From Convolutriloba macropyga (taxonomy: Eukaryota), in assembly GCF_964194025.1 (NCBI RefSeq), contig NC_134473.1, forward strand, positions 62,558,001 to 62,622,000: DNA of 64,000 nt. Direction: 5' to 3'. This document shows positions 24,457 to 38,400 of the stretch, one piece after another. Each line of letters starts with the position of its first letter. Position 1 is the stretch's first letter. The notes beneath the pieces were generated by a model. It ran no database searches, was not told the origin of the DNA, and saw nothing but the letters and a program-made list of their open reading frames with translations. Made by a program: the position numbers and the translations under genes.

Positions 24457-27400
24457 TATCAAGGAGGCTCGGTAATGTGCGTTCGCACATAAAGTTCCCA
24501 CCCCGCTCATCTACATTTTCCCACTTAATTGTCTGCCAAATGAGGAAGAGTTAAAAAAAACTTAACATATCAACATATCATTCATTAAGCTACTAAATGG
24601 ATAACCAATCTACCTTATGGGGCCGATGAGACCTGTGACTACCATTAAACGACTACGAGTAAAGATGGCAATAAAAAAACCAAATAATTACAAATAATTA
24701 CGACCAAAACCAGTTGTCCATTTTTTGAAAAATATTAAAAACCAAATAAAAATGGCATCAGATAATACTTATACTAAATAAGATTAACCTGTACGGGACT
24801 CTAAATATGGGACTTTTCCGTTATGCAACTTGGCAACAAGTCCACGAAAAATGTGCAAAAAGGCAAAGTTTAAAAAAACGTTGCTTTTTTGACAAGAGTT
24901 AAAGGCAAAGTGATTAGAAACATTATGCAGCAAAAGAATTCATTGGGGGACTCTTTTATACCTCCATAAATAGCCATTGAGACCCTTGATTATCCAAGAT
25001 ATTTCAAACGACTACGAAAAGAACGACAAATACAGCCAAAGAGAAAAAATATTGCACGAAAAAGTTGGCACGACAACGATGTCACAGCCAATTAAACACT
25101 GAGATGTTCACTAAAGACATTAAAAATGGTTGATTGCGTTTTTTTTTCAAATGACCAGAGGACCGCCCATTATTGTTATACTGTGAAAGGAAAATAAAAA
25201 CGTACAAAAATAGGCGAATATGCAAAAATCACTAATTTTTGACAAAAACTGGTTGTACCAAGAACAAAGACCATCTGAGGAAAATAAAACCGTTATAAAG
25301 AGTAAATTGTAGTTCTTTAGATATGGGATGTGAATTGTCTATAGAGATGCTAAGCTTCCAGAAGTTAACAGAAGTTCTAAGTTAACAGAAATTATATAAA
25401 AAATTTTTTCTTCAATATTCATAGCCAACTTAAGCTCTCGACTAAAAGCTTAGACAGGTTATCTTGCAACTCCTTTGAAAACTAATTGCGCTTGTTATTA
25501 GTGAGACTATGTCATAAGACTAAAATAACATTAAATACCAGCTGAAATGAAAAATTTCACAAATAACTTTGACAAAGCAGTGTTGAAACCATTAAATTTA
25601 TAAAATATTTACCGCCAAAAAAGTAAATGTTCATTTGCGTCTGCTTTGATCATCATAAAGTTTTTTGTAAAACGATGACTTCAAAACGACAGCAAAAAAC
25701 ACAAAAATTGAAAAGTATCCAAATTCTTCTGAAACAGATTGTATAAGCCCTGAAAACAGCATTCAAACGTTTAACCAACAGAAAAATCATGTCTGCTGCA
25801 ACAAAAAATTAGAAATATCTCTGAATAATGAGACTAAATTGCGAAAATGATACATTGTAAAATTTGAAAGAAAAAACAAACCAGAACTAAGTTTGAATAC
25901 TTTTACATTTTTTGGAAAAAATTTGATTTGAAAGTAAATAATACCATCAGCTATATATCGATATCTGTTGTTAAATTAATTTAAGTGTCAATAGTTGGCC
26001 ACTGAGACCTTTAATTACCCAATATTTGGCTTACAGTAACAGAAATAACTGCAAATAAATGGCAAAAATTAGAACTCTAACAAATTCTCAAAGAACGTGT
26101 CGCAGCCCTTATCACCATATGTTAGAAAACAAAAACAAAAAATATGTTCAGTAACAATTTTTGTAAAGCTTCTTTATGTTAGATTGTAAGATAATGTGAC
26201 AACTTAGCAAAGAATCAAAAACAACAAAAATGGTCAATTATGCAGAAAAAATCCCAAAATTTTGTATAAAAACTCGGGAGTACAAAAAACGAGAAAACGT
26301 TGTTTTGAAATAATCAGCCACAAAATTAGTTCGTAATCTATAGGAAAGAAAGTTTGACCTGTATTTTCTGAGAAAAAGCTAAAAGTTGACAGAAATAATA
26401 TAAAAGAATTGACAAGTGCAAAAAATCATTGAAATTTCCTTAAAACAAATACATTCAATGGCATAAGAGACATTAGGTAACAACCGAATGCATGGTACAG
26501 GTTCGTGTAAACCTCTTGAAGAAGCCATTTGGATCTTTGAATGGTTAGACTCAGTAATCAGAGTGCAAAAAGAATATCGATTGAAGTCAAATCAAAAGAA
26601 TTCAGTTAATGTTTACTAAAACTCTTCTTCAAAGCCATAGAAACCATTAGGTTTTCTAAAAATAAACAACAATTTTATTCAGCCGCATTTTTACCTAAAC
26701 GGGAGCTGTCATTAATGGAGACGTAAATAAAAAATATATCAGTAGGTAACAATAGAAAAAACAAAAGCAAAATATTTTGAAAAAAAGGCAACACCGAAAT
26801 AAAAACTAAAATGTCTGATTATGAGAATCCGCGATTATATCAAACCTATCCCTGATTTTGCCGTGCACCCCAAAATACCAACCAAGTGTTCCAATTAATT
26901 GCGAATTAGGCCAATTGTTGAGTGCAATACTTCAAATAATTAAAAAAACTTGCATTTTGTATATTTATCGAGTTAAATTTGTAAAAAACGGCAAAATTAT
27001 AATTCCAGAAATCTTTTATAGGGCGCTGAGTTTCAACTAGCTCTCTTTTGGGGTTTGAGAGATTTTTTCAGCGGTTTCTAGTCCTCCGCTTTCGGCAAAC
27101 TTAAACAAAGTGGACCAAAAATGCATTTTTTGTCCAATTTTTGATGAAAAGTCTGAATTTTAAAAATTTTGTGAAATTTTTTAGCCAAAGAAACTCAAAT
27201 CAACCAATTAAGCAACGCTTTTCTGTACCTAACGGTAACAATGTCACTCTACCGTTAAAAATTTTAACTTATTTTAAATATTAGCAAAATTAAGCCGAAT
27301 TTTAGCAAAAATAATCGAAAATGTGAATAAAAACCGTCGAATATTCACAAAACTTTATATCTCGATAACTCCCTGTAGAAAACGAAATTCTGGAAAATCT

Positions 27401-27558
27401 TTTTAGTTTCATTTTCTAGGATGTACATGCTTTTTAATGATACCACTCACAACTCTCTACGATGAATATATCGATCGGCCAAAATTGTCTGTACAAAAAA
27501 AAACCCATTTGAGTATATAGTTCCTCCCTCCCCGCTAAAGGGGGGGTCGGAACAATAA
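24457..27558 (-). mobile_element. HINE/DINE-1-like non-autonomous element, family A, apparently complete (about 3.1 kb)
   Basis: 5' end ttattgttccgaccc...ggaactatatactc (27511-27558, minus strand). 3' subterminal repeat gagcggggtgggaac (24494-24508) followed by hairpin atgtgcg-tt-cgcacat (24475-24490). Degenerate internal array. No ORF. Confidence 0.7.
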
Positions 27559-28181
27559 TAATATCAAAAGCTATATTATACAATATTTGTAATACTGTTT
27601 GATGAACTGATTGATAATGCTTTTCAAACGAAGCTTTAATCGTATACTATCCTTTAAATCATGAATTGAAAAGGTAACAAAACGGCAAGACATGCGGACA
27701 AAATTCAGGAGCCCGCTTAAAATCTCAAATTAAACTAGTGAGAGTCGATGTAATCAATATCTGTACAATAAAAGGCTCAGATGGTTACGCAATTTTTGAG
27801 ACTTTTTGATAGCAGCCAAAAATGACACATTAAAAAACAGTAAAGGGGCCAGATCAGGATTTTCTCTTTTTTACTTAGTGTTTTCATATTCAACAACAGC
27901 ATTATTTAACCGATGTTTTCAAGTAACTCAGACATCGAATGTTTGTTTGCTAATAGCATGTATTGGAAAAAGTTAATAACCAATGGGCTAAAAGTTAAAA
28001 ATTAGTCAACGTTTTTTTTTGTAAATTAGCGTTGTCGGAGTGATCAAATTTTAGAGCTAATTACTGCAACTGAAAAACTATTATAATTATCGATAGCTAA
28101 TTCTCGAAAACTTCCTATTTTTAGCATGGAGTGCAAAATTTCTGCAATTTCGTGAAAACGTTTACTTGTTTAATTCATTGT

Positions 28182-30100
28182 TTATTGTTCCGACCCGCTC
28201 TTGAATGGGGGGGAGGAACTATATACTCAAATATGTTTTTTTAATCAGTCAATTTTTACCGATCCATATATTTATCGTAGAGTTGTGAGTGCTATCATTA
28301 AGAAGCTCATCCAGTTTAGAAAATGGCATTAAAAAGATTTCGAATTTTTTTGAATTTCGTTTTCTAGAGCGTGTTGTCGGGGTTTCAATTTTTGTGAATA
28401 TGCGACCGATTTTTTATTCACATTATTCTTATTCGCATTTTCCGGAGTTTTTACCAAAAAATTCGTCATTTTTGCTAAAATATGTAAAACTGTATTGTTT
28501 TTAAGTAGTGTTGATTTTGTTTTTAAAGACAAAAAATTATTGTTGACTATTTTGATTTAATTTTTTTGGCCGAAATGATTATCTAAATGTCATCAAAAAT
28601 TGTCTTCAAAATCGCCCGAAATAAGCTTCGTTAGTCCACTTTGATGAAATTCACAAGTACGCATTCAGTAATCACTAACACAAGCTTTGTAAACTACAAA
28701 GGGAGCCAGTCCTACCACTTCCATTGAGAGTAGTCTGGAATTAAAATTTCGCCGTTTTTGCAAACTTTATGGTCTAGATCTAAAAGTCTAGATCTATAAC
28801 AATCGAAAAAATTGAGCGTTCTTAATGGACAAACAGCAATAGTAAGGCTGGTTTTGGTCAAATTTTTGACTGTTAAACCCGTAAATAATTCGGATTGTAA
28901 GCAGTCGGTCTTTTTTTAAAAAAAAGATTCGATATTTTTTATGTTAATGAAAAACAAACCAATTCAGATCAAAGTTTTTTGTTGATAGGTCCAATTGGCT
29001 TCCTAAGCAGATCCAAATTAATATATCTAGTTTCTTTACTCAATAAATTATGATCGTTTCGACTTTTAAAAATGTTTGATTTTCAAATAAACAATGGCTT
29101 ATCAAACTTTGCCACTATTTTTCTCTTAATTTGGTCAACTTGTAGCTTAGTGTCAGCTACAAATTCTTCTTTTTACTGAATCAAAATTTAATCTTTGTTG
29201 CGGTTTTACGAGGTAAGTTATGGTTTTTTGGCTTTGATACTACTAGGTTTCACATTTTTTAGGCATTGGCCCATTTTTCGCGTTTTGTCACATTGTTGAC
29301 AGTTCACATATTGCATTATTGGCGTCCAGTATAAGACAAAATTGAACATATAAAAGTCTTTAAAGACATATACTTTGGTTTTAACGGCTTCGACACCCGT
29401 TTCTCAAAGAATTTAATTGTTTTCAATATTTGTCCTTCACTGTCGTTTTTACTTGTCTTTTTAGTCCTATGAATTTTCCTGTATAATGACAGGTCTCAGT
29501 GACTTTTTATGGAGAAATGAATGAGCCTATATTCTGATTTCATTAGAAAACTGATTGTTTTCATGACTTTGAAGACCATTGTTTTCAAAAATTAAAAAAA
29601 AAAACATTTTTTAACTTGTTTTTTTTTGCTGCCATTTTTGTTATTTTTGTCTGTTTATTAACTAGTCTTGTGAATAACAAGTCGCATATGACATTATTGT
29701 TGTCGAGGGAAGGTGCAATTGTACAAAATCTAATGTTTGTAAAGAATTTGTTGTTAATTTACTGGCTCCGACACGGGTTTTTCGCAAAAGTATTTTTCGA
29801 ATTTTATTTTGTCTTTTTTACGTCCTTTTTGAAGACGTAAGACTCATTCTGAATAATTACAGGTTTCCTATTGACGAAGCGCTTCCTATGGACGAATAAA
29901 CGAACCTATTTAATTTTTTTATTTGGTAGCTATTGGCTTTCATGACTGAAAATAATTGTTTTCGAAAAATACAAAAGTGTTACTTAATGTTGCCCTTCTT
30001 ATATTTTTGTCTACTTGTAACCCTTTCTCATTAATGAGAGGTCCTATACCACATTTTTGGCGTTTAATTTTTGCTCCCAAATTTTTATTGTGAAGCGATT
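28182..30100 (+). mobile_element. Family A element, copy 2 (3' end not seen), head-to-head with copy 1
   Basis: 28182-28228 is a diverged reverse complement of 27511-27558. 28230-28760 mirrors about 26970-27510. 29483-29560 mirrors 24910-24992. Confidence 0.7.
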
Positions 30101-33100
30101 GCTTAGGCTCTTATTAAACGAATTCAAAATTTTGGTAATTTTGCAGTGTGCGTCGAATTCTCCTGCGCGGGTATTTGGTGACTATCGTGTTGTTGTATTG
30201 CACTGCATCAAAATATTTGTATCTTCGGAAAAACTTAATGACTGAGCGCTCACAAAAACTAAAGTCAACGTCAAGTAGTCAATTACTCGGTGTTGGGTGT
30301 ATGATACTCGGCGTTAGAGATTACTATTCAAAAAGTGGTTCAAACGAGAACACAAAACTAATATGAGCAGTTATATACGCTTTCACACCACTGAACACAA
30401 TTTTATCACACTGAGTTAATGTTAAATTTAATAGTTCAAGGTATGACATTACAGTAACGCGTGAAATTTTTGTTCACTCAGTTACTTCTCGTAACAATCG
30501 AATTGCTTGCACAAATCTACATTTTTAAATTTTCCGTCTTCAGGTTTAAATTCAGTTCCGTAATAATTTTTATTTGATAATTCGTGGCCTGCATCGCAGA
30601 AACTTCTTTTGTTTTAGACGTCTTTTAATTGGGTACCCAACAATCATAAGCTCAGCCGAGTGCATTCAAGGCAAACTTTTGCGCCTAAGAATTTGATGAA
30701 TATATTGCTCATTCCAAGATTTCCAAATATCAATGTAAGGACATTCTTTAAGCTTTAGAATGTAAGCTTTAATTCTCTATCTTTTATCTTTCCAATTTGA
30801 ATTGGGATGAGATAGAGAGAGGTCAATTGTTGGTATTTTCGGCTATCTACTGGCTGTTTTCGTTTTCACATTAGATTTCTAAAATTTTTGCAATTGGTTT
30901 AAAATGTCATTTTTCATTGAGTGCATCGCCATGAATTTTTTATTTTTATTTTGAAATTAAATAGCATAAGCAAGTATTTTAGGGATGAATTGCTACAACC
31001 AAAACTTAATTGAGAAAACATATTGTCATACTAAAATAGCAGTTCCGTTTTGGAAAAGACAACTGCCTCATCTTGCCTTTACTTTCAAGAAGTATTGAAA
31101 TAGTTTTAAATGCCCGAAATGTCAGAAATTCTTGGCGTTGATTTCAAAAATTAATAAAGTTTTTGTAATTAACTGAATTTTGGTGTAAATTGACATGATT
31201 TTTTCAATATACGCAATTGACTTTGTGCAATTATGCGAGATTATAAACATTCCAATGTTTAGAACAAATACAGGAGCATATGATTGTTATCAGCTGAAGC
31301 ATGTGACGTCAACAAGATCATTACAATTAAAATTTTAAAAAACAGTGACTTGAACCAAATCTTACTCGATATCGGATAAGAAAATTTACAGCTTTTTATT
31401 TTCAGTATTTTTTATTGCTTATGATAGTGTTTTTTTTTCTGTATCTGAGCCACAAGATAGTTATTCAAATTTTTGAGCTAAAAACAGATCAAATCTTTAA
31501 AGAAAATTTCTTTCAAAAATATTGATTTGTTTTACGGATGTAAGGAAACACTATATAAAATTTCTATATCAGGCGGAGGAGAGAAGCGATTTATCATTTT
31601 GGCTGGGTAGAATTTTCTTGATTTTCTTTGTCGATACTTTACAGGCATGCCTTGACTGAAAATTATGTCGAGTTGTAAGCGAAATTTCAAAATTGGTTAT
31701 GAATTTTGCCATTGTCTATTTCCCCAACAAAAATTTGTTTTGTATTTATTGAAAAATTAGTAGAAGTCATTCTATGTTTCTACTAATTTTTCAAATTGGT
31801 TAATGGTTTGGTTTTGGCGATGCATTGATTGTTTTAATGACATTTATAACCAGAACTTAAAGCATATCTCTTCAGCAAAAATGTTTTTGATATTTTTTTC
31901 ATCGGTTTATCTCGAATATGAGCAGATTTTTTCTGCTAGCCTGTAAATTTTATGCAGCTTTTTTTGCAGGCTGTAGCAAAAAGTCTTGAAATTATAATTG
32001 TCAAAACTAAAAATGAATTTATTAATAATTTATCTCTGTTTTGGGCTGCGCGAATCAAAAAAGTTTTCTCAGAGCGAGTGGTATTAAATCTACTTAAGTT
32101 GCAGGAACAGAATTAATTTAAGGCTAAAATTTCAGTTTTTGAAGTTTTGAAAGCTTTGTGGTTTTTTTCATCATTTTCATAAAAATGGATTGCCCTTGAC
32201 GTTTGTCAGTTTACAAAACACTTGCGCCTTTAAAATCTTCTGGGTTTATATGTATTGTTAATGAAAACTTTGAACAAAACTATAACTGATTTTTTCACTT
32301 TTTTGAAAAAATGACATCTTCGACAATTTTTTAAATTAAGGGTTGAATAATTTTTCAGATGATTCAATTGGTGAATTTTAGCAAACTAAGTATGAAAAAT
32401 GGGTTTTCTCTTTTGTTCAAAAAGTACAAAACAAGATGAGGATTCCGAAAATTTTGGAAAATTTAATCACAAATTAAAAACTTAAATTTCTCATTTAATT
32501 GAATCTTAGACAAAGTTCTGACTGGAAACGGTCAAATTGAGAACATTTTTGCTATGCGAGATTCAAACGCTTGAATCTAGAACTATCTACAATCTCCAAC
32601 GAAGCAAAAATTCCGCAACGAAATTTCAAAAAAAATTAATTGCTTTAAAACTTGAGTATGAACAGAATGCTTCGGCTAGAATTGATCGTAGTATTATAAT
32701 ATTTAAAAATTTACGTATAATACAGATCTACCAACTTTAGTAATTGTCTCCTTAAAAACAGACACAAAGCTGAAAAAACATCAAAATTTATAAGAAAAAG
32801 TAGTAAAGCATTGAAAACAATGACTAGCTTCAATTAAAAGAAACTAAGACCAATAAGACATTCGTACGTGGCTTCGAGGCACTCAGGCGTACTAGAAACT
32901 GTCAACGGATGGTTCAATAACTTAACCATGCCGAAATTAAAAGAGAAAATGAATAACAGTTGAAAAAGTTATCTAAAAGTATCTAATTGGCGGGCAAAAG
33001 TTTCATCCAATTTGATTAAAACTTCTTCGAATTTGTATCTTGACAGTATGTGGACCAATTTAAAGTAGAGAAAACTATTCAAGTTCCAGTAGTTATAAGT

Positions 33101-34244
33101 GAAAAGGGGGTGCAACACATCCTAAGTCTTTATATGGAAGAAAATGTGGCAAACTGTAATGAAAGTGTTCTACTAAATTTCCGAATGGACCGTTGTTTAT
33201 TAGGCTATTTTTAAATTGACATTCATTTTAATTTTTTTCTGATTGCATTGCAACAATGGCTTAGATCATTTCTGGATTTCTTTTGTAGACTGTTGGAACT
33301 TCCTGTGACACGCACAGACTTGCACGAGTTAAAATAAAATTCGCCTGTCTGTTTAAAATAAAAGTTGCTTCCTACGGCTGTTAACATCGAGTTAAGTTGA
33401 GCAGAAAACAATTCACCATAGAATTGACGTATTCAAGAATATTGTTTCTTTTAAATTAAAAGTATGAAATCAACATTTTTCCCTGAGTCGTAATGCAAGC
33501 TCGCTGTAGCTTGCTCGTTGAATAAAGACTGTTTTGTTCCGTTTGAGAATTACTAGCCTTTTCATTCCAAGTTTGTGTGAATATAAATATGCTGCGAGTT
33601 CGATTTCTGATTTTTTTTAAATAATTAAATTACTTCTAGTTGTGGATTGACTTTTAAATAATTTTCTGCCGAAATTGTAAGGTAACTTAGGGTGAATTAA
33701 GTTTATTTAAAAGTCTAGACCAATCTTTTATTTAAGCCGTCTTGACGTCATCTAAAATTTGCTTTGAGTAAAGTGGAACACATGTGCTAAATATTCTTCC
33801 AATTTTAATTCGTAGGGCTAAGCTGGACGGACTTAAAAAAGTCGGACAGTATTTTTTTGCGGAATGCAGTTTAACATGCAAAATTGATTACTTTAAGTAC
33901 ATGTACATTCAAGTATCACTAGTATTCCGGATGTAACTGAATAAAAATAGTTCGATTTAAGTTGTTCAATTTCAACAGAAACGGCCTTTTACTACTTCTC
34001 GGTTTTTAGAGGTGTTTTTCTTAATTCATGATTGGTTTCTGTGCATAATTAATTTAGTTGGGCCTAATGACCAGACTTATGTTGTTCAGTGACTGTTCTG
34101 TCGCGTCGATTGAATTTAGCGCCCAATGTTTTACTTTCTTTGTTTTTGAGCACCTCTAGAAAATTTGCATCCAAGAATGACAAAGTAATAAAACAGAGAG
34201 GCTTCTATTTCCTGGCTGTTCAATTCTAAAACATTTAATTTGCT

Positions 34245-34520
34245 TCAACGGTTTAGATTGAAGTTTTTTGCACTTGGTCGCCTTACAATTATTGAACTTT
34301 TAATCTTTAAGCTCATCGCCTGCATCAATTTTTCGATGTCTAATTTTTGCCTCAAATGTGTCAAGGAACTCGGAGTGTTTCTAATTGAGAAATTGGAGTT
34401 ATTGGCAATAAAGTTAAAATAGTTGAACTGTCCGGAGAACGACAAAGCATGCAATTAAGTATAATTGTGATCATTTGAACGTCAATACCTTTCCCTTCAG
34501 ATCCAATGTTTCTATTTTTA
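34245..34520 (-). pseudogene. Possible very old Gypsy RT/RNase H connection relic
   Basis: HALSFSGQFNYFNFIANNSNFS loosely resembles LRSFLGLxNYYRxFIPNFS. Confidence 0.2.
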
Positions 34521-35400
34521 TCTACATGTTTAATTGCTCTCGAACGAAGTTTGAAGCAATTATTGTAAAATTCTTTTTTCTTTTATGCAAAATTATCGCT
34601 TTCACCGTTTTCTTCTAGAACACGTTCGATTTTACTTTGTGACTTTCCCCCTTGACTTTTGGATTTTTGAGTGATTTCAATTGCGAGCATTCCGAAATTA
34701 AGTCAGTTGCTAAAATAGAACTGATTGAGAGAGACAAAATTTCATAGTCCGTGTTACTTCTATGTTAATGTCCGGACTCTTATCTGAGATGTCACGCTTT
34801 CGAACTCCTCGCCAATCAGAAGTTTTTGCACCAGAAAAGTATTGCTGACTTATGCTCCTTCTAATTTGTTTGCCCCGCCTGTCGTTCGAGAGCAATTCGT
34901 CCGATGTTAATCCCTTTGTTGTAAATTTAACTATGATTTTCAAGCTCATCTAGCGATTTTTGAAATGTTCGCTTTTTTCAACTTATGGGACACTGGATAC
35001 TTCATGAAAATTCTCTTTCGGTCTCCAAGTGCCATTTGGCATTGCCTGTTTCGACTTTTTATTTGGCGTAAAAGAGATATACGTGCGCCGGGGGTGGTCA
35101 AAACAAAATAACAATATATTCTAAATTGCAATCAACAATCAGTATTGATTGAGAAAAGTTCAATTCAGAATTCATTCTTATAGACGCTTAATCTAATTTT
35201 CTGTGACACCTAAAATGTCCCGAAAGTGACCGCGAAAGACAATTGTTCACATATTTTTGAACTTTCAAAAAGAAAGCACAAAAAATTTGAAATATGAAAA
35301 GCTTGCATAGTTAGATCATTTTTGAGCGCAATTGTTACAAAATTAGCAATGGCGTTGACTTCAGGTTAGATTATGAGGGTTTTACGAACTCGGAAAATTA

Positions 35401-38400
35401 ATGAATAGCACCGCGCAGATGCAGAAACGTACCAGAGATGGTGATACTTATGAGTGCGGAGAGAACAATGTAACAACAGAGCAGCAAAAGCGACTAAAAA
35501 TAGATTTGACTTTGACCGATGGCGCTTCTGCAAGTACTGTTTTACAAGATGTAATCAATTTACCAGCAAGAAAGGCATCGCCTTGTAGTTCAACATACTT
35601 AAGAGACATCCGGAAAACCAGATTTACTGTTCAAAAGTGTACTGTAATCAATACAAGTCAGTTCAGGCTGAGTTTAAAACAGGGCGAAAAAGATTTCACG
35701 CTTGATGTGAGTGGGCGTTGGTGTGACGATGTCAAATACGATGAAGGTGCTTCGATTTCAGTATTTCCCTGCGAGAAACTTTTGGAAACCGGCTCTGATA
35801 GTATATCGACGGAAGATACAGAGAAGTTGCTGATTCTTTATCCCAATTTTTTAATCAGTGGTACTACAATTGTTTCCAGCATAAGGTGCAAGCGCAAAAC
35901 TGTTCTGAATGAGCTCTTCAAGCGAGGAATGTTCGCTAAACCTCTACTTCTGGGTAATATCATGCATGAAATTTTCACGACCTGCTTTCAAAACAGGAAT
36001 TTTTCGCGGTCGTTTTTCCTTGAGAATTACCGAAATGTGTGTAAGAACGTGTCGCATTTGGAAAGCTTTTACGCCTTAGATATCTCGCCCGATATGCTTG
36101 CGAAAGAAATAGAACAGTATATTTCCCCAGTTGCCAGAATCGGAGGAGCTTTGCTGGGCAAGTTTCCGAGCAAACCGCTAGAGGAGCTAAATGTACATAA
36201 GCTCGTTTGCGAGCAAGTGGAGCGAAATGCGTGGGCGCCTTCTGTGGGTCTCAAAGGCAAAATGGACGTTATTGCAGTACCTCAGAGTACTTCAGAAGAT
36301 ACGAAAGTGATTCTTGAGTTGAAAACGGGAAAGGATTCCAATTCAATCGAGCACCAAGATCAAGTCAGATTGTATGGCACTATTATGAAGTCGGAGAAAA
36401 TTAGCAATTGCTCAAAAGGCGCGCTTGTATACTTAAAAAGCGGAAACATTTATCCTGTTAAGGACCAGTCGATTTCTCTCCGAGAGTTGGTTATCATTCG
36501 CAATATTTTGGTTTACTATTTGACACAATCTGGGCTGCGTAAAGTGAAGAAGGGAAATGAGAATACGATTGATATGAAGGACATAGCAGCGAACCTTCCT
36601 GATCTTGAAGAAGATCAATTCAATTGTGCTAATTGTGAACAAAGATTCAACTGTGGACTCATGTCACGGCTTACTGGGAGTAAAAATAGCGAAAAGGGAA
36701 AAGTTCCGAACCTGACAGAGTTACACGCTGACTCTTACGTGGTGACACCTAGTCATCTGAAATTCTTTTCGAAATGGCATAGTTTGTGCTTGATGGAGTT
36801 CCCAATTTCGCCAGAACCAGAATATGCCAAAATGTGGATGGAACCGTTCGAAGAACTGGTCAAGAAAGGTTTAACGGAGGGAAATTTAGTCCTGGTGTCT
36901 CAGATCAAGGCACAACTGGATGATTCGGTTTTGGTAACTTTTGAAAAGTCGACGACAGAGCATTTAAGTAATTTGCTTGAGGGTGATCGAGTTTTGATTA
37001 GCTCACAATGTTTGTCGGTTATAAACATTGCATCGGGAACCGTGTCCAAAGTTGCCAATAGAAAAATTACAATTATAGTTGAACAGGAAATAACAGTTGG
37101 GCAACAAAGTGGCTCTTCGTTTTCTCACTGGAGATTGGACAAACCTAGTCAAGAAACAACGACATCTTCAACTCTGAGCATAATGTTGTCAAACTTATCG
37201 CAGTTGATGACGCAAAGTGGAAACAGTCGAGTGAAACGATTGAGAGAGTTGATATTGGACAACGAGGATGCGGCTTTTGAGGAAACGGATAAGCATTTGA
37301 TACCGACGGAACTCAGACCACAGGCTAAGGCAATACTCTGCGGGTTAAATGGACAACAAAAATTAGCTGTTCGTAAGGTACTGATGTCTCACGACTACAC
37401 CGTAATACGTGGAATGCCAGGTAGTGGGAAAACTACAGTAATTGTTGCTGTGATTAGACTACTAGTTCTATGTGGTCATCGAATATTGCTGACGTCTTTC
37501 ACAAATGCTGCAGTTGACAACGTCTTGTTGAAATTAAAGAAGCTTAATAACGAACCGATTAAAATGGTCCGCCTTGGAGTGAAATCTAGAGTCCATGCCG
37601 ATTTGCACTGCTTTCTTCCAGGAGCGAATGGATTATCCTATAACGCCGTAGCTTCGCAGTTTGATAATGCTAATGTTATCGCAGGAACCGTTTTCAATGT
37701 CCACCATCCAATTTTCAGTGGATCCAAAAGGAAGTTCAACTTTTGTGTTGTTGATGAAGCTTCTCAGATTTTGCTACCTTTATGCATTGGACCCTTATTT
37801 GCAGCTCAGAGGTTTGTTTTAGTTGGGGACGAACACCAATTAGCGCCTTTGGTGTCCAACGAAAAGGCGAAACGCGAGGGATTGGCCGAAAGTCTGTTCG
37901 AGTATATCGCATCTCGCAACAATAAGGCCGTCTTTTCGCTTAGTGAGCAGTACAGAATGAACGAAAGTATTATGGCACTCAGTAATAAGTTAAGTTACAA
38001 CGGGCAAATGAAAGCGGCGAATGCAAAAGTTGCCGAAAGAGCTTTGGATGTCAAGTTTCAAATGAGCTGCAATAAAGAATGCTGCAATTGGCTAAACTCG
38101 AGTTTTGATCCCAAAAATGCTGCAGTTTTTATTGACACTTCAAAGAGTTCGGAAAGGTTTGAGGCTGAGAAAAATAACAGCTATTTCAATATTCTGGAAT
38201 TAAACATAGTTCAACTTCTACTCAAAGTATTACAAGGATGCTCTGTTCCGATGCAATCTATAGGGGTAATTTGCCCGTATAGACAGCAGTTAATACAAGC
38301 TCAAGCTAAATTGGGTTCCTTGGGCCCAGAATTTGAAGGTTTAGAAGTCCATACTGTGGACAAATTTCAGGGCCGTGACAAAGACGTGATTATTCTCACA

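Noticed and set aside
32840-33070. Possible integrase zinc-finger remnant (HSYVASRHSGV)
   Set aside because: Too degenerate, with no supporting catalytic motifs.
36200-36660. Cas4-like Fe-S PD-(D/E)xK nuclease suggesting a CRISPR-related system
   Set aside because: It is the normal nuclease domain of DNA2, fused to its SF1 helicase. There are no cas genes or array nearby.
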